Of a DNA stretch of 13,866 nt, positions 5,481 through 12,423 are shown in pieces. How positions within the stretch are numbered: the first letter of the stretch is position 1; each line of letters starts with the position of its first letter. The stretch lies in contig CAZFJE010000074.1 in NCBI GenBank assembly GCA_964519555.1, positions 1 through 13,866 of the forward strand. Direction: 5' to 3'. Made by a program: the position numbers and the translations under genes. The DNA comes from an uncultured Thermoleophilia bacterium (lineage in GTDB: Bacteria; Actinomycetota; Thermoleophilia; UBA2241). The notes beneath the pieces are model-generated. The model saw nothing but the letters and a program-made list of their open reading frames with translations, was not told the origin of the DNA and searched no databases.

Positions 5481-7085
5481 ATGGAAACCGACGAACGCAG
5501 ACCTCACCACGAGGCGCAATCGGGCGAGCAGGCTCCCCCCAGGCCGACCGGCCAGCCGGCCATGGTCGCCACGGGCAGCCTGCAGCCTCACCCGCTAAGC
5601 CTGGCCATCTACGGAGACGAAGCGGTCGACCTCGAGCTGGCTGCCAGCATCGCACAGCACGGCGTCCTCGAGCCACTCTCGGTCCTTGAGGACGGCACCA
5701 TCGTCTCTGGTCACCGCCGCTGGCGGGCAGCCCAGGCCGCCGGCCTTGCCAGTGTGCCGGCCACAGTCGTGAGCTTTGACGACCCCCTTGACGAGCACAC
5801 GGCCCTCATCGAACACAACCGCCAGCGCGTCAAGAGCTACAGCCAACGCATGCGTGAGGCCGACCAGCTCGAGACAATCGAGCGCGAGCGGGCCGAGCAG
5901 CGTCGGCGTCATCACGGCGGCACCGCCCCGGGGCGTTCGGCAGACACTGCCGGCAACATTGCCGGCAGTGAGGCCGGCGAGACCCGTGACAAGGTCGCCG
6001 CCGCAGTCGGCATGAAGGCGCGTAGCTTTGCCAAGGTGCGCAGCGTCTACAAGGCTGCCCAGCAGGGCAGCGAGGTCGCAGCCAAACAGCTGAGCGCCCT
6101 GGATGCCGGCGAGATCACGATCAACGCCGCCTACCAGGATGTGCGTCGCGAGGAGGCCGGACGCTGCACCACAGGCCTGGTCGATCCCGACGCAGCACCC
6201 CAAGCGCCGGAGCAGGTTACCAGCGAGCTCGGTGACCTCTGGATACTTGGCGAGCATCGACTTGCTTGCGGCGATGCCACCGACGCAGCGCTGGTGGACC
6301 GTCTGATGGCCGGCGAGCGGGCCGTGCTGATGGCCACCGACCCTCCCTATCTGGTCGACTACGACGGCGGCAACCACCCGCAGTCCTGGCGGCACAACGG
6401 CGAACACTCAGACCCGGAGACTCAGACCAAGCACTGGGATGCCTACGTCGACCAGCGTAGCGCCGAGGATTTCTACAGCGCCTACCTGGGCAGCGCCCTG
6501 GCCGAGGCACTCACTGAGCGTCCGACCATCTACCAGTTCTTCGCCATGATGCGCTTCGAGACCGTGCTGGCCGCTTGGCGGGCGAACGGCCTGCTTGCAC
6601 ACCAAGTTGTGATCTGGCACAAGAGCCGGATCGTGCTCGGTCGTAGCTGGTACATGTACGACTACGAGCCCTGCCTGGTCGGCTGGATCGCGGGCCGCCA
6701 GCCGGAGGCCGAGCGTCGTCCGCCGGCCAACGCCGCCGCCGTCTGGACCGTCGCCTCGACCGAGGGCAACGAGGCCACGATCTCGAGCCATCCCACGGTC
6801 AAGGCCGTCGAGCTCATTCGCCGGACGATTGCCTACCACACCCAGCCCGGCGAGCTGCTCTACGAACCCTTCGCCGGCTCGGGCACCGCCATAGTCGCCA
6901 GCGAGATGACCGGCCGGCGCTGCTATGCCGTCGAGCTTGCCCCGCTCTTTGTCGACCAGGCGGTGCTGCGCTGGCAGCGCTTCAGCGGCAAGCAGGCGAC
7001 CCTGCAGGAGAGTGGCCTCAGCTTCGCCGAGGTGGCCGCCCAGCGCGCCACAGGCGACCGTTCGGCATCTGCAGCGAGGCCCTGA
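5481..7085 (+). CDS. ParB-like nuclease domain fused to a beta-class N4/N6 DNA methyltransferase
   Basis: The N-terminus LQPHPLSLAIYGDE...HGVLEPLSVLEDGTIVSGHRRWRAAQAAGLASVPATVV is a ParB/Srx-type domain with the GHRR motif. The MTase part reads LGEHRLACGDATD...LMATDPPY (motif IV, aa 286-290), then HPTVKAVELIRR and EPFAGSGTA (motif I, aa 464-469). Motif IV before motif I is the beta-class order. GAGGTG SD precedes the start. Confidence 0.88.
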   Translation: METDERRPHHEAQSGEQAPPRPTGQPAMVATGSLQPHPLSLAIYGDEAVDLELAASIAQHGVLEPLSVLEDGTIVSGHRRWRAAQAAGLASVPATVVSFDDPLDEHTALIEHNRQRVKSYSQRMREADQLETIERERAEQRRRHHGGTAPGRSADTAGNIAGSEAGETRDKVAAAVGMKARSFAKVRSVYKAAQQGSEVAAKQLSALDAGEITINAAYQDVRREEAGRCTTGLVDPDAAPQAPEQVTSELGDLWILGEHRLACGDATDAALVDRLMAGERAVLMATDPPYLVDYDGGNHPQSWRHNGEHSDPETQTKHWDAYVDQRSAEDFYSAYLGSALAEALTERPTIYQFFAMMRFETVLAAWRANGLLAHQVVIWHKSRIVLGRSWYMYDYEPCLVGWIAGRQPEAERRPPANAAAVWTVASTEGNEATISSHPTVKAVELIRRTIAYHTQPGELLYEPFAGSGTAIVASEMTGRRCYAVELAPLFVDQAVLRWQRFSGKQATLQESGLSFAEVAAQRATGDRSASAARP

Positions 7086-7113
7086 GCCTCAGTACTTTTG
7101 GAGGGAGAAAGCC

Positions 7114-7728
7114 GTGTCAGAAAGGTACAAGAGCGGGCCGTATCGTCCGACCAGAGGTCGCTTCGCAGGTCGCGAGTTTGCCTCAAAGCGGCAGTATGAG
7201 AATGCACTCGCCCAACTGAAGGGCCACGCCACGCGCAGCCGGCTGGTGCGGACCAGTGGCAAGAAGGTCGGCCCCAAAAGCCATGGGAACCTGGCAACCT
7301 CGGAGCGACAGGCGCGCTCACGAGCCCTGGCTGTCACCTCACGTATGGCGCGGGAGCGTATCTCGCTGGCCAAGGCGGCTCGGCTTGAGGGCACCACGGT
7401 GGGCAACGTTCACAAGTGGGCCGAACCTGCCCTGGAACGTAAACCCAGCGGTCGCTACGCCGCCAAGCCCAATCGTCTCTACCGGCGGATGGTGGCGATC
7501 ACAACCGACGGCGTCGTCGAGGTCGGCGTGCGCAGCTCGGGTCAAGCCTCGCTTATCTCCGTCCACCACACGGCGGTGAAGCGCTTCCTGGCCACCGGCG
7601 ACGAGGCGGGCCTGAGGCGATTCCGTAACAAGACGGTCGACGGCAGGCGGCTTGAGACCGATCCCGCCGCCCTCGAGGAACTCGAGCGGGTCGGTCAGTT
7701 CGAGTACGAGTCGATCTACGAGGACTAA
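7114..7728 (+). CDS. Hypothetical protein with a central HTH-like segment
   Basis: GTG 7114 is preceded by a strong SD, GGAGGG (7100-7105), 28 nt after the MTase stop. It is in frame with the listed 6925-7728 ORF, whose upstream part overlaps the MTase gene. The segment ERISLAKAARLEGTTVGNVHKW looks like an HTH. I recognise no other motif. Confidence 0.62.
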   Translation: MSERYKSGPYRPTRGRFAGREFASKRQYENALAQLKGHATRSRLVRTSGKKVGPKSHGNLATSERQARSRALAVTSRMARERISLAKAARLEGTTVGNVHKWAEPALERKPSGRYAAKPNRLYRRMVAITTDGVVEVGVRSSGQASLISVHHTAVKRFLATGDEAGLRRFRNKTVDGRRLETDPAALEELERVGQFEYESIYED

Positions 7729-7739
7729 ACCGAGGAACC

Positions 7740-8204
7740 GTGGAGAAAGATCCCGCCAAGAACGACCGCCGCCGGTCGCGTCGTGCACGCAAGCTCGGCG
7801 AGGACGCTGCGTGCATTCTGTGCGGTTACCATCGTTGCCTCACAGGACTGAAGCAGGTGGACCGGCGCTTCCTTGAGGAGCACCACCTTCTTGGCTGGGT
7901 AACAGACGACACGCTCACCGCCTCTCTGTGCCGTAACTGCCACGCCGAGGTGACCGAGGATCAGCTCACTGACGGCTTCGACTTCAGGTCCGCAGAGCGG
8001 TCCGCCGAAGACGAGGCGAGGTACCTTCTGCTGGCAAGCGGGCGCTTCCTGTCGAGGCTCGGGCCGAGAATGACGGATGTCGCCTATCGGTTAGACTCCG
8101 GGACATGTCTGTCAGCGCCCGCGACATCCGCCCATGAGCCTCGAAAAGATCGCCCTGCGCGCCTACGGCGAACCAAGCGCCGGGGCGCGGCGCTCTACCA
8201 GTAG
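7740..8204 (+). CDS. HNH endonuclease
   Basis: CILCG...LEEHHLLG...LCRNCHAEV shows a CxxC...HH...N..CxxCH arrangement typical of the HNH/His-Me finger (nt ~7812-7964). The GTG start comes 11 nt after the preceding stop. The 3' end overlaps polB by 71 nt. Confidence 0.72.
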   Translation: MEKDPAKNDRRRSRRARKLGEDAACILCGYHRCLTGLKQVDRRFLEEHHLLGWVTDDTLTASLCRNCHAEVTEDQLTDGFDFRSAERSAEDEARYLLLASGRFLSRLGPRMTDVAYRLDSGTCLSAPATSAHEPRKDRPARLRRTKRRGAALYQ

Positions 8205-11200
8205 GTCGCGCAAGGGCTTCAAGCCGCGCCACGTTCTTATTTTCGACACGGAGACCACCATCGACGCCGCTCAGGCGCTGCTCTTCGGGTCGTATCGCTA
8301 CGTGCGTATCCGCTGGCAGGGCAATACGCCGACTCTCTCCACGGTCGAAGAGGGCCTGATCTACGCCGACGAGCTGCCCGATGAGAACGCCGAACGCTTT
8401 ACCGTCCTGCAGGACTACCGGGCAAGCCACCCGGCGGCGCTCGATCCCACCTACAGCCACGGCCTGCCGGTCGCGCTCAGGTTCTACTCCCGCCGCGAGT
8501 TTCTCACGGAGATGTTCTATCCGGCGGTCTACGAAAGCAGGGCTTTGGTCGCCGGCTTCAACCTGCCCTTCGATCTCTCTCGCCTGGCCGTCGACTGGTC
8601 GGCGGCACGCAAGGCATTCGCGGGTGGATTCTCGCTGGCCGTCTTTGAGTACGAAAAGGACGGCGTCTGGCGCGAGAACCGCTTCAAGCCCCGCATCGTC
8701 GTTAAGTCAATCGACAGCAAGCGTGCGCTCAAAGGCTTCGCCGGCACCTTCTCACCCGACGAGATCGACACGATCCCCGAGGGCGAGACCGAGCCCGCAG
8801 AGGGCTACATCTTTCGCGGCAACTTCCTCGACCTGCGCACGCTGGGCTTCGTGCTCACCGACAAGGGCCACACTCTGGAGTCGGCGTGTGAGGCCTTCGG
8901 CGTTGAACACGGTAAGACCAAGCCCAACAAGCACGGCGAGATCACACCCGAGTACATCGACTACAACCGCCGCGACGTGCTGGCCACAACCGAGCTGCTT
9001 GAAAAGACACTTGCCGAGTACTACCGCCACCCGGTCGACCTGCAGCCCACGCAGGCCTACTCGCCGGCTTCGCTCGGCAAGGCCTACCTGCGCGCCCTCG
9101 GTATCGCTCCGGTACTCAACCGCCAGTCTGACTTTCGTAAGGACGTGCTCGGCTATGCCATGCAGGCCTACTTTGGCGGGCGGGCCGACTGTCGCCTGCG
9201 TCGCCTGCCCGTGCCGGTCGCGTATACCGACTTCACGAGCATGTACCCGTCCGTCAATGCCCTTATGGACAACTGGCGGCTGCTCACCGCGAAGCGCATC
9301 GAGGTTCTCGACGCCACACGCGAGGTTCAGGAGCTGCTTGCCCGCGTAACTATCGACGACTGCTTTGCTCCCGAGCTGTGGCCGCAGCTGCGTGTGCTCG
9401 TCAAGGTGCGGCCTTCAGGTCAGCCCCTGTCTACCCGCGCCCGCTACGACCGTCGCCGCGTCCCCGCCTCCGCCAAGGCACGCAATAAGGAGCGCCAGGG
9501 CCAAGGCTGGCAGATCGGCATCAACTACCTGACAAGCGAGAAGCCGCTGTGGCTCGCCCTGCCCGACCTCATCGCCGCGAAGATCCTAGGCGGCAAGGTG
9601 CCCGAGGTGCTCGAGGCTTGGAACCTCGTGCCGGTCGGCAAACAGTCCAGCCTCTCGGCGGTCGAGCTGCGCGGCTCGATTGCGGTTGATCCAACCAAGA
9701 CCGACTTCTTTTGCACAGTCATCGAAGAGCGCCAGCGCGTGCGCGCGAAGGCCAAGGCCGACGGCCGTGAGAACGATCCGCTGGAGGGTTTCCTCAAGGT
9801 GCTCGCCAACTCGACAAGCTACGGCGTCTTTGCCGAGTTCGTGCGTCACGAGCTGACCGGCAAGCGCACCGAGTCGGTGCGTGTCTGGGACACCGAGGGC
9901 GAGAGTTTCGCCGCAAAGACGCACGCCCCCGAGCTGCCGGGCGAGTACTGCTTCCCGCCGCTTGCCGCCTTCATCACCTCGGCGGCGCGCCTCATGCTGG
10001 CCTTGCTCGAGGCCCGCGTCACAGAGCGCGGTGGTAGCTACGTCTTTTGCGACACCGATTCCATGGCGATTGTGGCAGACGAGGAGCCCCACCTCATCGA
10101 ATGCCCCGGCGGACCGCATCTGACCGACGAGGGCAAACCGGCCGTGCTCGCCTTAGGCTGGGATGAGGTCGACGAGATCCGCGAGCAGTTTAACCGGCTC
10201 AACCCCTACGACCGAAGCGCCGTGCCAGCCCTCGTTAAGATCGAAAGGGAGAACTTCGACGACAAGGGGCGGCGCGTGCCGCTGTTCTGCTACGCGATCA
10301 GCGCCAAGCGCTATGTGCTCTTCTACAAAGACAAACGGGGAGAGCTGTCAATGCCCAAGGCCTCCGAGCACGGCCTCGGCCACCTGCTCAACCCTTACGA
10401 CCCCGACGAGGGCAACCGCATCGAAGACGGCGCTGCAGCCGATGGCAAGAGCAAGCCCAACTGGATCAAGGAAGCCTGGCACGACATCCTCGCCAAGGAA
10501 GTGACCTTGCGGGCCGCCAAGTCGCCTTCGTGGTGGCACGAGCCGGCCCTTGTTCGCATCACGATCTCAAGCCCTGCGGTGCTCGAGCCCTTCGGGGGCA
10601 TGAACACGGTCAAGCCCACCTACCGCGAGCGCGTGAAGCCCTTCAACTTCATGCTCTCGGCGCGGATCGAGGATTTCGGCTATCCGCTCGAGGTGACCGA
10701 CCCTCACCACTTCCATCTGGTCACGCGCTACACGCGCAAGCCGCGCGAGGCGCTCAAGGTCACCTGGTTCAACCGCTACGACGGCAAGCCGTACCGCGTG
10801 ACCATCGGAAGTTCGTCCGACCTTGCCGGCCAGGCCCGCATCCTCACCTACGGCGAGATGCTTGAGGACTACCGCTACCGGCCGGAGTACAAAAGCACTG
10901 CGCCGGACGGACAGACTTGCGGCCGGGAGACATCCGGTCTGCTAGGTAGGCGGTCGATTGAGGCTCTCAAGTTCATCTATGTCGGTAAGGAGTCAAACCG
11001 CCTCGAGGAAGCGCAGCAAGGCCTGCTGCACGATGAGGAAGAGGCGCTCAGCGAGTTCGACGATCCGCGCCACAGCGACTTTTGCGAGTTCGTGCTGCCG
11101 GTGCTTGCCACGATGCCGCTGTCGGTGTTGGCCACAGCGACCGGGCTACATCCGAGCACACTCAAGAGGATTCGAGCCGGGACGGCGCAGCCGCGTACTA

Positions 11201-11436
11201 ACAACGAAGACGCCCTCTGGGTGGTCGCCATCGAACACGCGCGGGCGGAGCTTACGAGGCGCGGTTTTCAGCTGCCTGAGACGCACCTTGCGGCGTTGCG
11301 CGTCTACATCGAAGCGATGTCAGCCCAGCCGCGGCAGTGCCCAGTCTGCGGGGAGCCGATGGTCAGCAGGCGTCAAAGGTATTGCAGCAACAGATGCCGC
11401 CAGCGAGCGGTACGTGCTCGGTCTCGAGCGAACTGA
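8134..11436 (+). CDS. polB: Family B DNA polymerase with 3'-5' exonuclease domain and a ~350-aa C-terminal extension ending in HTH + zinc ribbon
   Basis: Exonuclease motifs: ExoI IFDTETT (D38/E40, nt 8245), ExoII GFNLPFDLSRL, ExoIII YIDYNRRD. Polymerase motifs: motif A YTDFTSMYPS (D366, nt 9229), motif B KVLANSTSYG (K555, nt 9796), motif C YVFCDTDS (D640/D642, nt 10051), and KxY AKRY (K725). The C-terminus has LSVLATATGLHPSTLKRIRAG and CPVCGEP...RYCSNRCRQRA. Confidence 0.92.
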   Translation: MSLEKIALRAYGEPSAGARRSTSRSRKGFKPRHVLIFDTETTIDAAQALLFGSYRYVRIRWQGNTPTLSTVEEGLIYADELPDENAERFTVLQDYRASHPAALDPTYSHGLPVALRFYSRREFLTEMFYPAVYESRALVAGFNLPFDLSRLAVDWSAARKAFAGGFSLAVFEYEKDGVWRENRFKPRIVVKSIDSKRALKGFAGTFSPDEIDTIPEGETEPAEGYIFRGNFLDLRTLGFVLTDKGHTLESACEAFGVEHGKTKPNKHGEITPEYIDYNRRDVLATTELLEKTLAEYYRHPVDLQPTQAYSPASLGKAYLRALGIAPVLNRQSDFRKDVLGYAMQAYFGGRADCRLRRLPVPVAYTDFTSMYPSVNALMDNWRLLTAKRIEVLDATREVQELLARVTIDDCFAPELWPQLRVLVKVRPSGQPLSTRARYDRRRVPASAKARNKERQGQGWQIGINYLTSEKPLWLALPDLIAAKILGGKVPEVLEAWNLVPVGKQSSLSAVELRGSIAVDPTKTDFFCTVIEERQRVRAKAKADGRENDPLEGFLKVLANSTSYGVFAEFVRHELTGKRTESVRVWDTEGESFAAKTHAPELPGEYCFPPLAAFITSAARLMLALLEARVTERGGSYVFCDTDSMAIVADEEPHLIECPGGPHLTDEGKPAVLALGWDEVDEIREQFNRLNPYDRSAVPALVKIERENFDDKGRRVPLFCYAISAKRYVLFYKDKRGELSMPKASEHGLGHLLNPYDPDEGNRIEDGAAADGKSKPNWIKEAWHDILAKEVTLRAAKSPSWWHEPALVRITISSPAVLEPFGGMNTVKPTYRERVKPFNFMLSARIEDFGYPLEVTDPHHFHLVTRYTRKPREALKVTWFNRYDGKPYRVTIGSSSDLAGQARILTYGEMLEDYRYRPEYKSTAPDGQTCGRETSGLLGRRSIEALKFIYVGKESNRLEEAQQGLLHDEEEALSEFDDPRHSDFCEFVLPVLATMPLSVLATATGLHPSTLKRIRAGTAQPRTNNEDALWVVAIEHARAELTRRGFQLPETHLAALRVYIEAMSAQPRQCPVCGEPMVSRRQRYCSNRCRQRAVRARSRAN

Positions 11437-11698
11437 CTTTCCGATGCCTTGGGGGGCGCAGCGCAATCTCACCCTTCACGTCTCTGCCATCGCCACCGCA
11501 GAGGTCGTCGGTGACGCCCGCATGGGTAAGGCGTCTGATCTGGCGACCTGCCGTCCCGATTACCTCACGCGCAGGTACCATATCGATCTGGTTCCAGTCG
11601 AAGTCACTGATCGGTCGACTGTCGAAGGTGCAGTTGGTGAAATCCACAGTGTCGAAGCTAGCCAAGGTCTGCGGTGCGCGGTGCAGGGTGAAGGCCAA
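11363..11698 (-). pseudogene. Possible pentapeptide-repeat protein fragment (low confidence)
   Basis: A TTG-initiated ORF. Residues F15, F20, F25, I30, W35 and M40 (LASFD TVDFT NCTFD SRPIS DFDWN QIDM; nt 11579-11656) show strict 5-residue hydrophobic periodicity, as in pentapeptide repeats. The ORF tail runs 74 nt antisense into the polB 3' end, which is unusual for a genuine gene. Confidence 0.25.
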
Positions 11699-11740
11699 TC
11701 GACGCGCTACGAAGACGCGGCTCGCGTGGCAGCGACAAAG

Positions 11741-12295
11741 CTAGACGTTGGCCAGGATTTCGGCTCGCTTTGTTTCGTACTCGTCCGCGCTAAGAAGTCC
11801 TTGACTCCGCAGCGATGCGAGGTCGCGAAGGCGCCGCGCAACGAGCGGCTCCCCCTCGTTCCTCACGGTCGCCACGACGGGGCGATGGGTTGGTGAGCGA
11901 ACCGTGCGCACAACAGCAGGAATTGCTAGTGCAATAAATAAGCCGAACAATATTATTGTCACTAATTCTAAGAATAATGCTGTCCCATGATCTAGATACG
12001 AACTTCTCCCACCTTCAAGAACAGAAGTCACAGACGGTACTGTCGCAAGCGACCTTATGTAAAAAAATAATGTCAGACAAATTACAGCGAGTATAGATAG
12101 GGTGACGGCCAAGACAGACGATATCGTGGATTTCACGAGACCCGTCATGTCCAGCTTGCGCGGTCTATTTGCCCGACTCGTTTGCAGACTCGGAGGGCGC
12201 ACGACCGGCGCGCTCGGTACGAGCGCCGTTCCGCACTTGCGACAGAACAAGTCCCCCGTAATGGGTGGACTGCTACACTGCGGACAGAGAGCCAT
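11741..12295 (-). CDS. Zinc-ribbon membrane protein with a C-terminal SHOCT domain
   Basis: ATG 12295 is preceded by GAGGA. MALCPQCS...LFCRKCG is a zinc ribbon. There are two hydrophobic helices (ISSVLAVTLSILAVICLTLFFYI and ALFLELVTIILFGLFIALAIPAVV). The C-terminus LRDLASLRSQGLLSADEYETKRAEIL matches the SHOCT pattern. The ORF stays open to 12346, but the paralogues start directly at the zinc ribbon. Confidence 0.8.
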   Translation of the reverse strand: MALCPQCSSPPITGDLFCRKCGTALVPSAPVVRPPSLQTSRANRPRKLDMTGLVKSTISSVLAVTLSILAVICLTLFFYIRSLATVPSVTSVLEGGRSSYLDHGTALFLELVTIILFGLFIALAIPAVVRTVRSPTHRPVVATVRNEGEPLVARRLRDLASLRSQGLLSADEYETKRAEILANV

Positions 12296-12423
12296 GATTG
12301 TCCTCGCGGTTGGTCGTATCTGTCTCGTTCTCGACTCCGACGGCAAAGAGCCCCATTCGTTGATATGAGTTTCCTTGGTGGTTGTCGCGCTGGCTAAGCA
12401 ACGTCGGGTCGGCGCGTTCTTTC

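Larger units (their letters stand above)
2602..11436. mobile_element. Minimal core of a casposon-like self-synthesizing element (Cas1 + PolB + HNH + accessory genes); true termini unresolved
   Basis: Cas1 and PolB co-occur without cas2, a CRISPR array or any other recombinase. Genes are tightly packed in two divergent strings. I found no convincing short TIRs at 946-1052, 2007-2054, 2550-2601 or 11437-11740. The only clear inverted repeat is the long one at the window edges. Confidence 0.6.

Noticed and set aside
5595-6407. A 270-aa minus-strand ORF antisense to the ParB-MTase gene. The same applies to 78-458(-), 8381-9349(+), 9586-10119(-), 10958-11896(+), 12273-13031(-) and 12730-13590(+)
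   Set aside because: These are shadow ORFs typical of high-GC DNA. They have Ala/Gly/Arg/Pro/Ser-rich low-complexity translations and no recognisable motifs, and each fully overlaps a gene with strong motif support.
6925-7113. The upstream part of the listed 6925-7728 ORF
   Set aside because: It overlaps the last 160 nt of the MTase gene in another frame. A strong SD (GGAGGG) plus GTG at 7114, just after the MTase stop, gives a cleaner gene model.
10958-10971. ttgaggctctcaag inside polB resembles the TTGAGgCTCAA palindrome of the conserved 44-bp core
   Set aside because: It is a single copy inside a coding frame (..SIEALKF..), the half-site spacing differs by 2 nt, and the flanking core sequence is absent. 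I treat it as coincidence unless binding data say otherwise.
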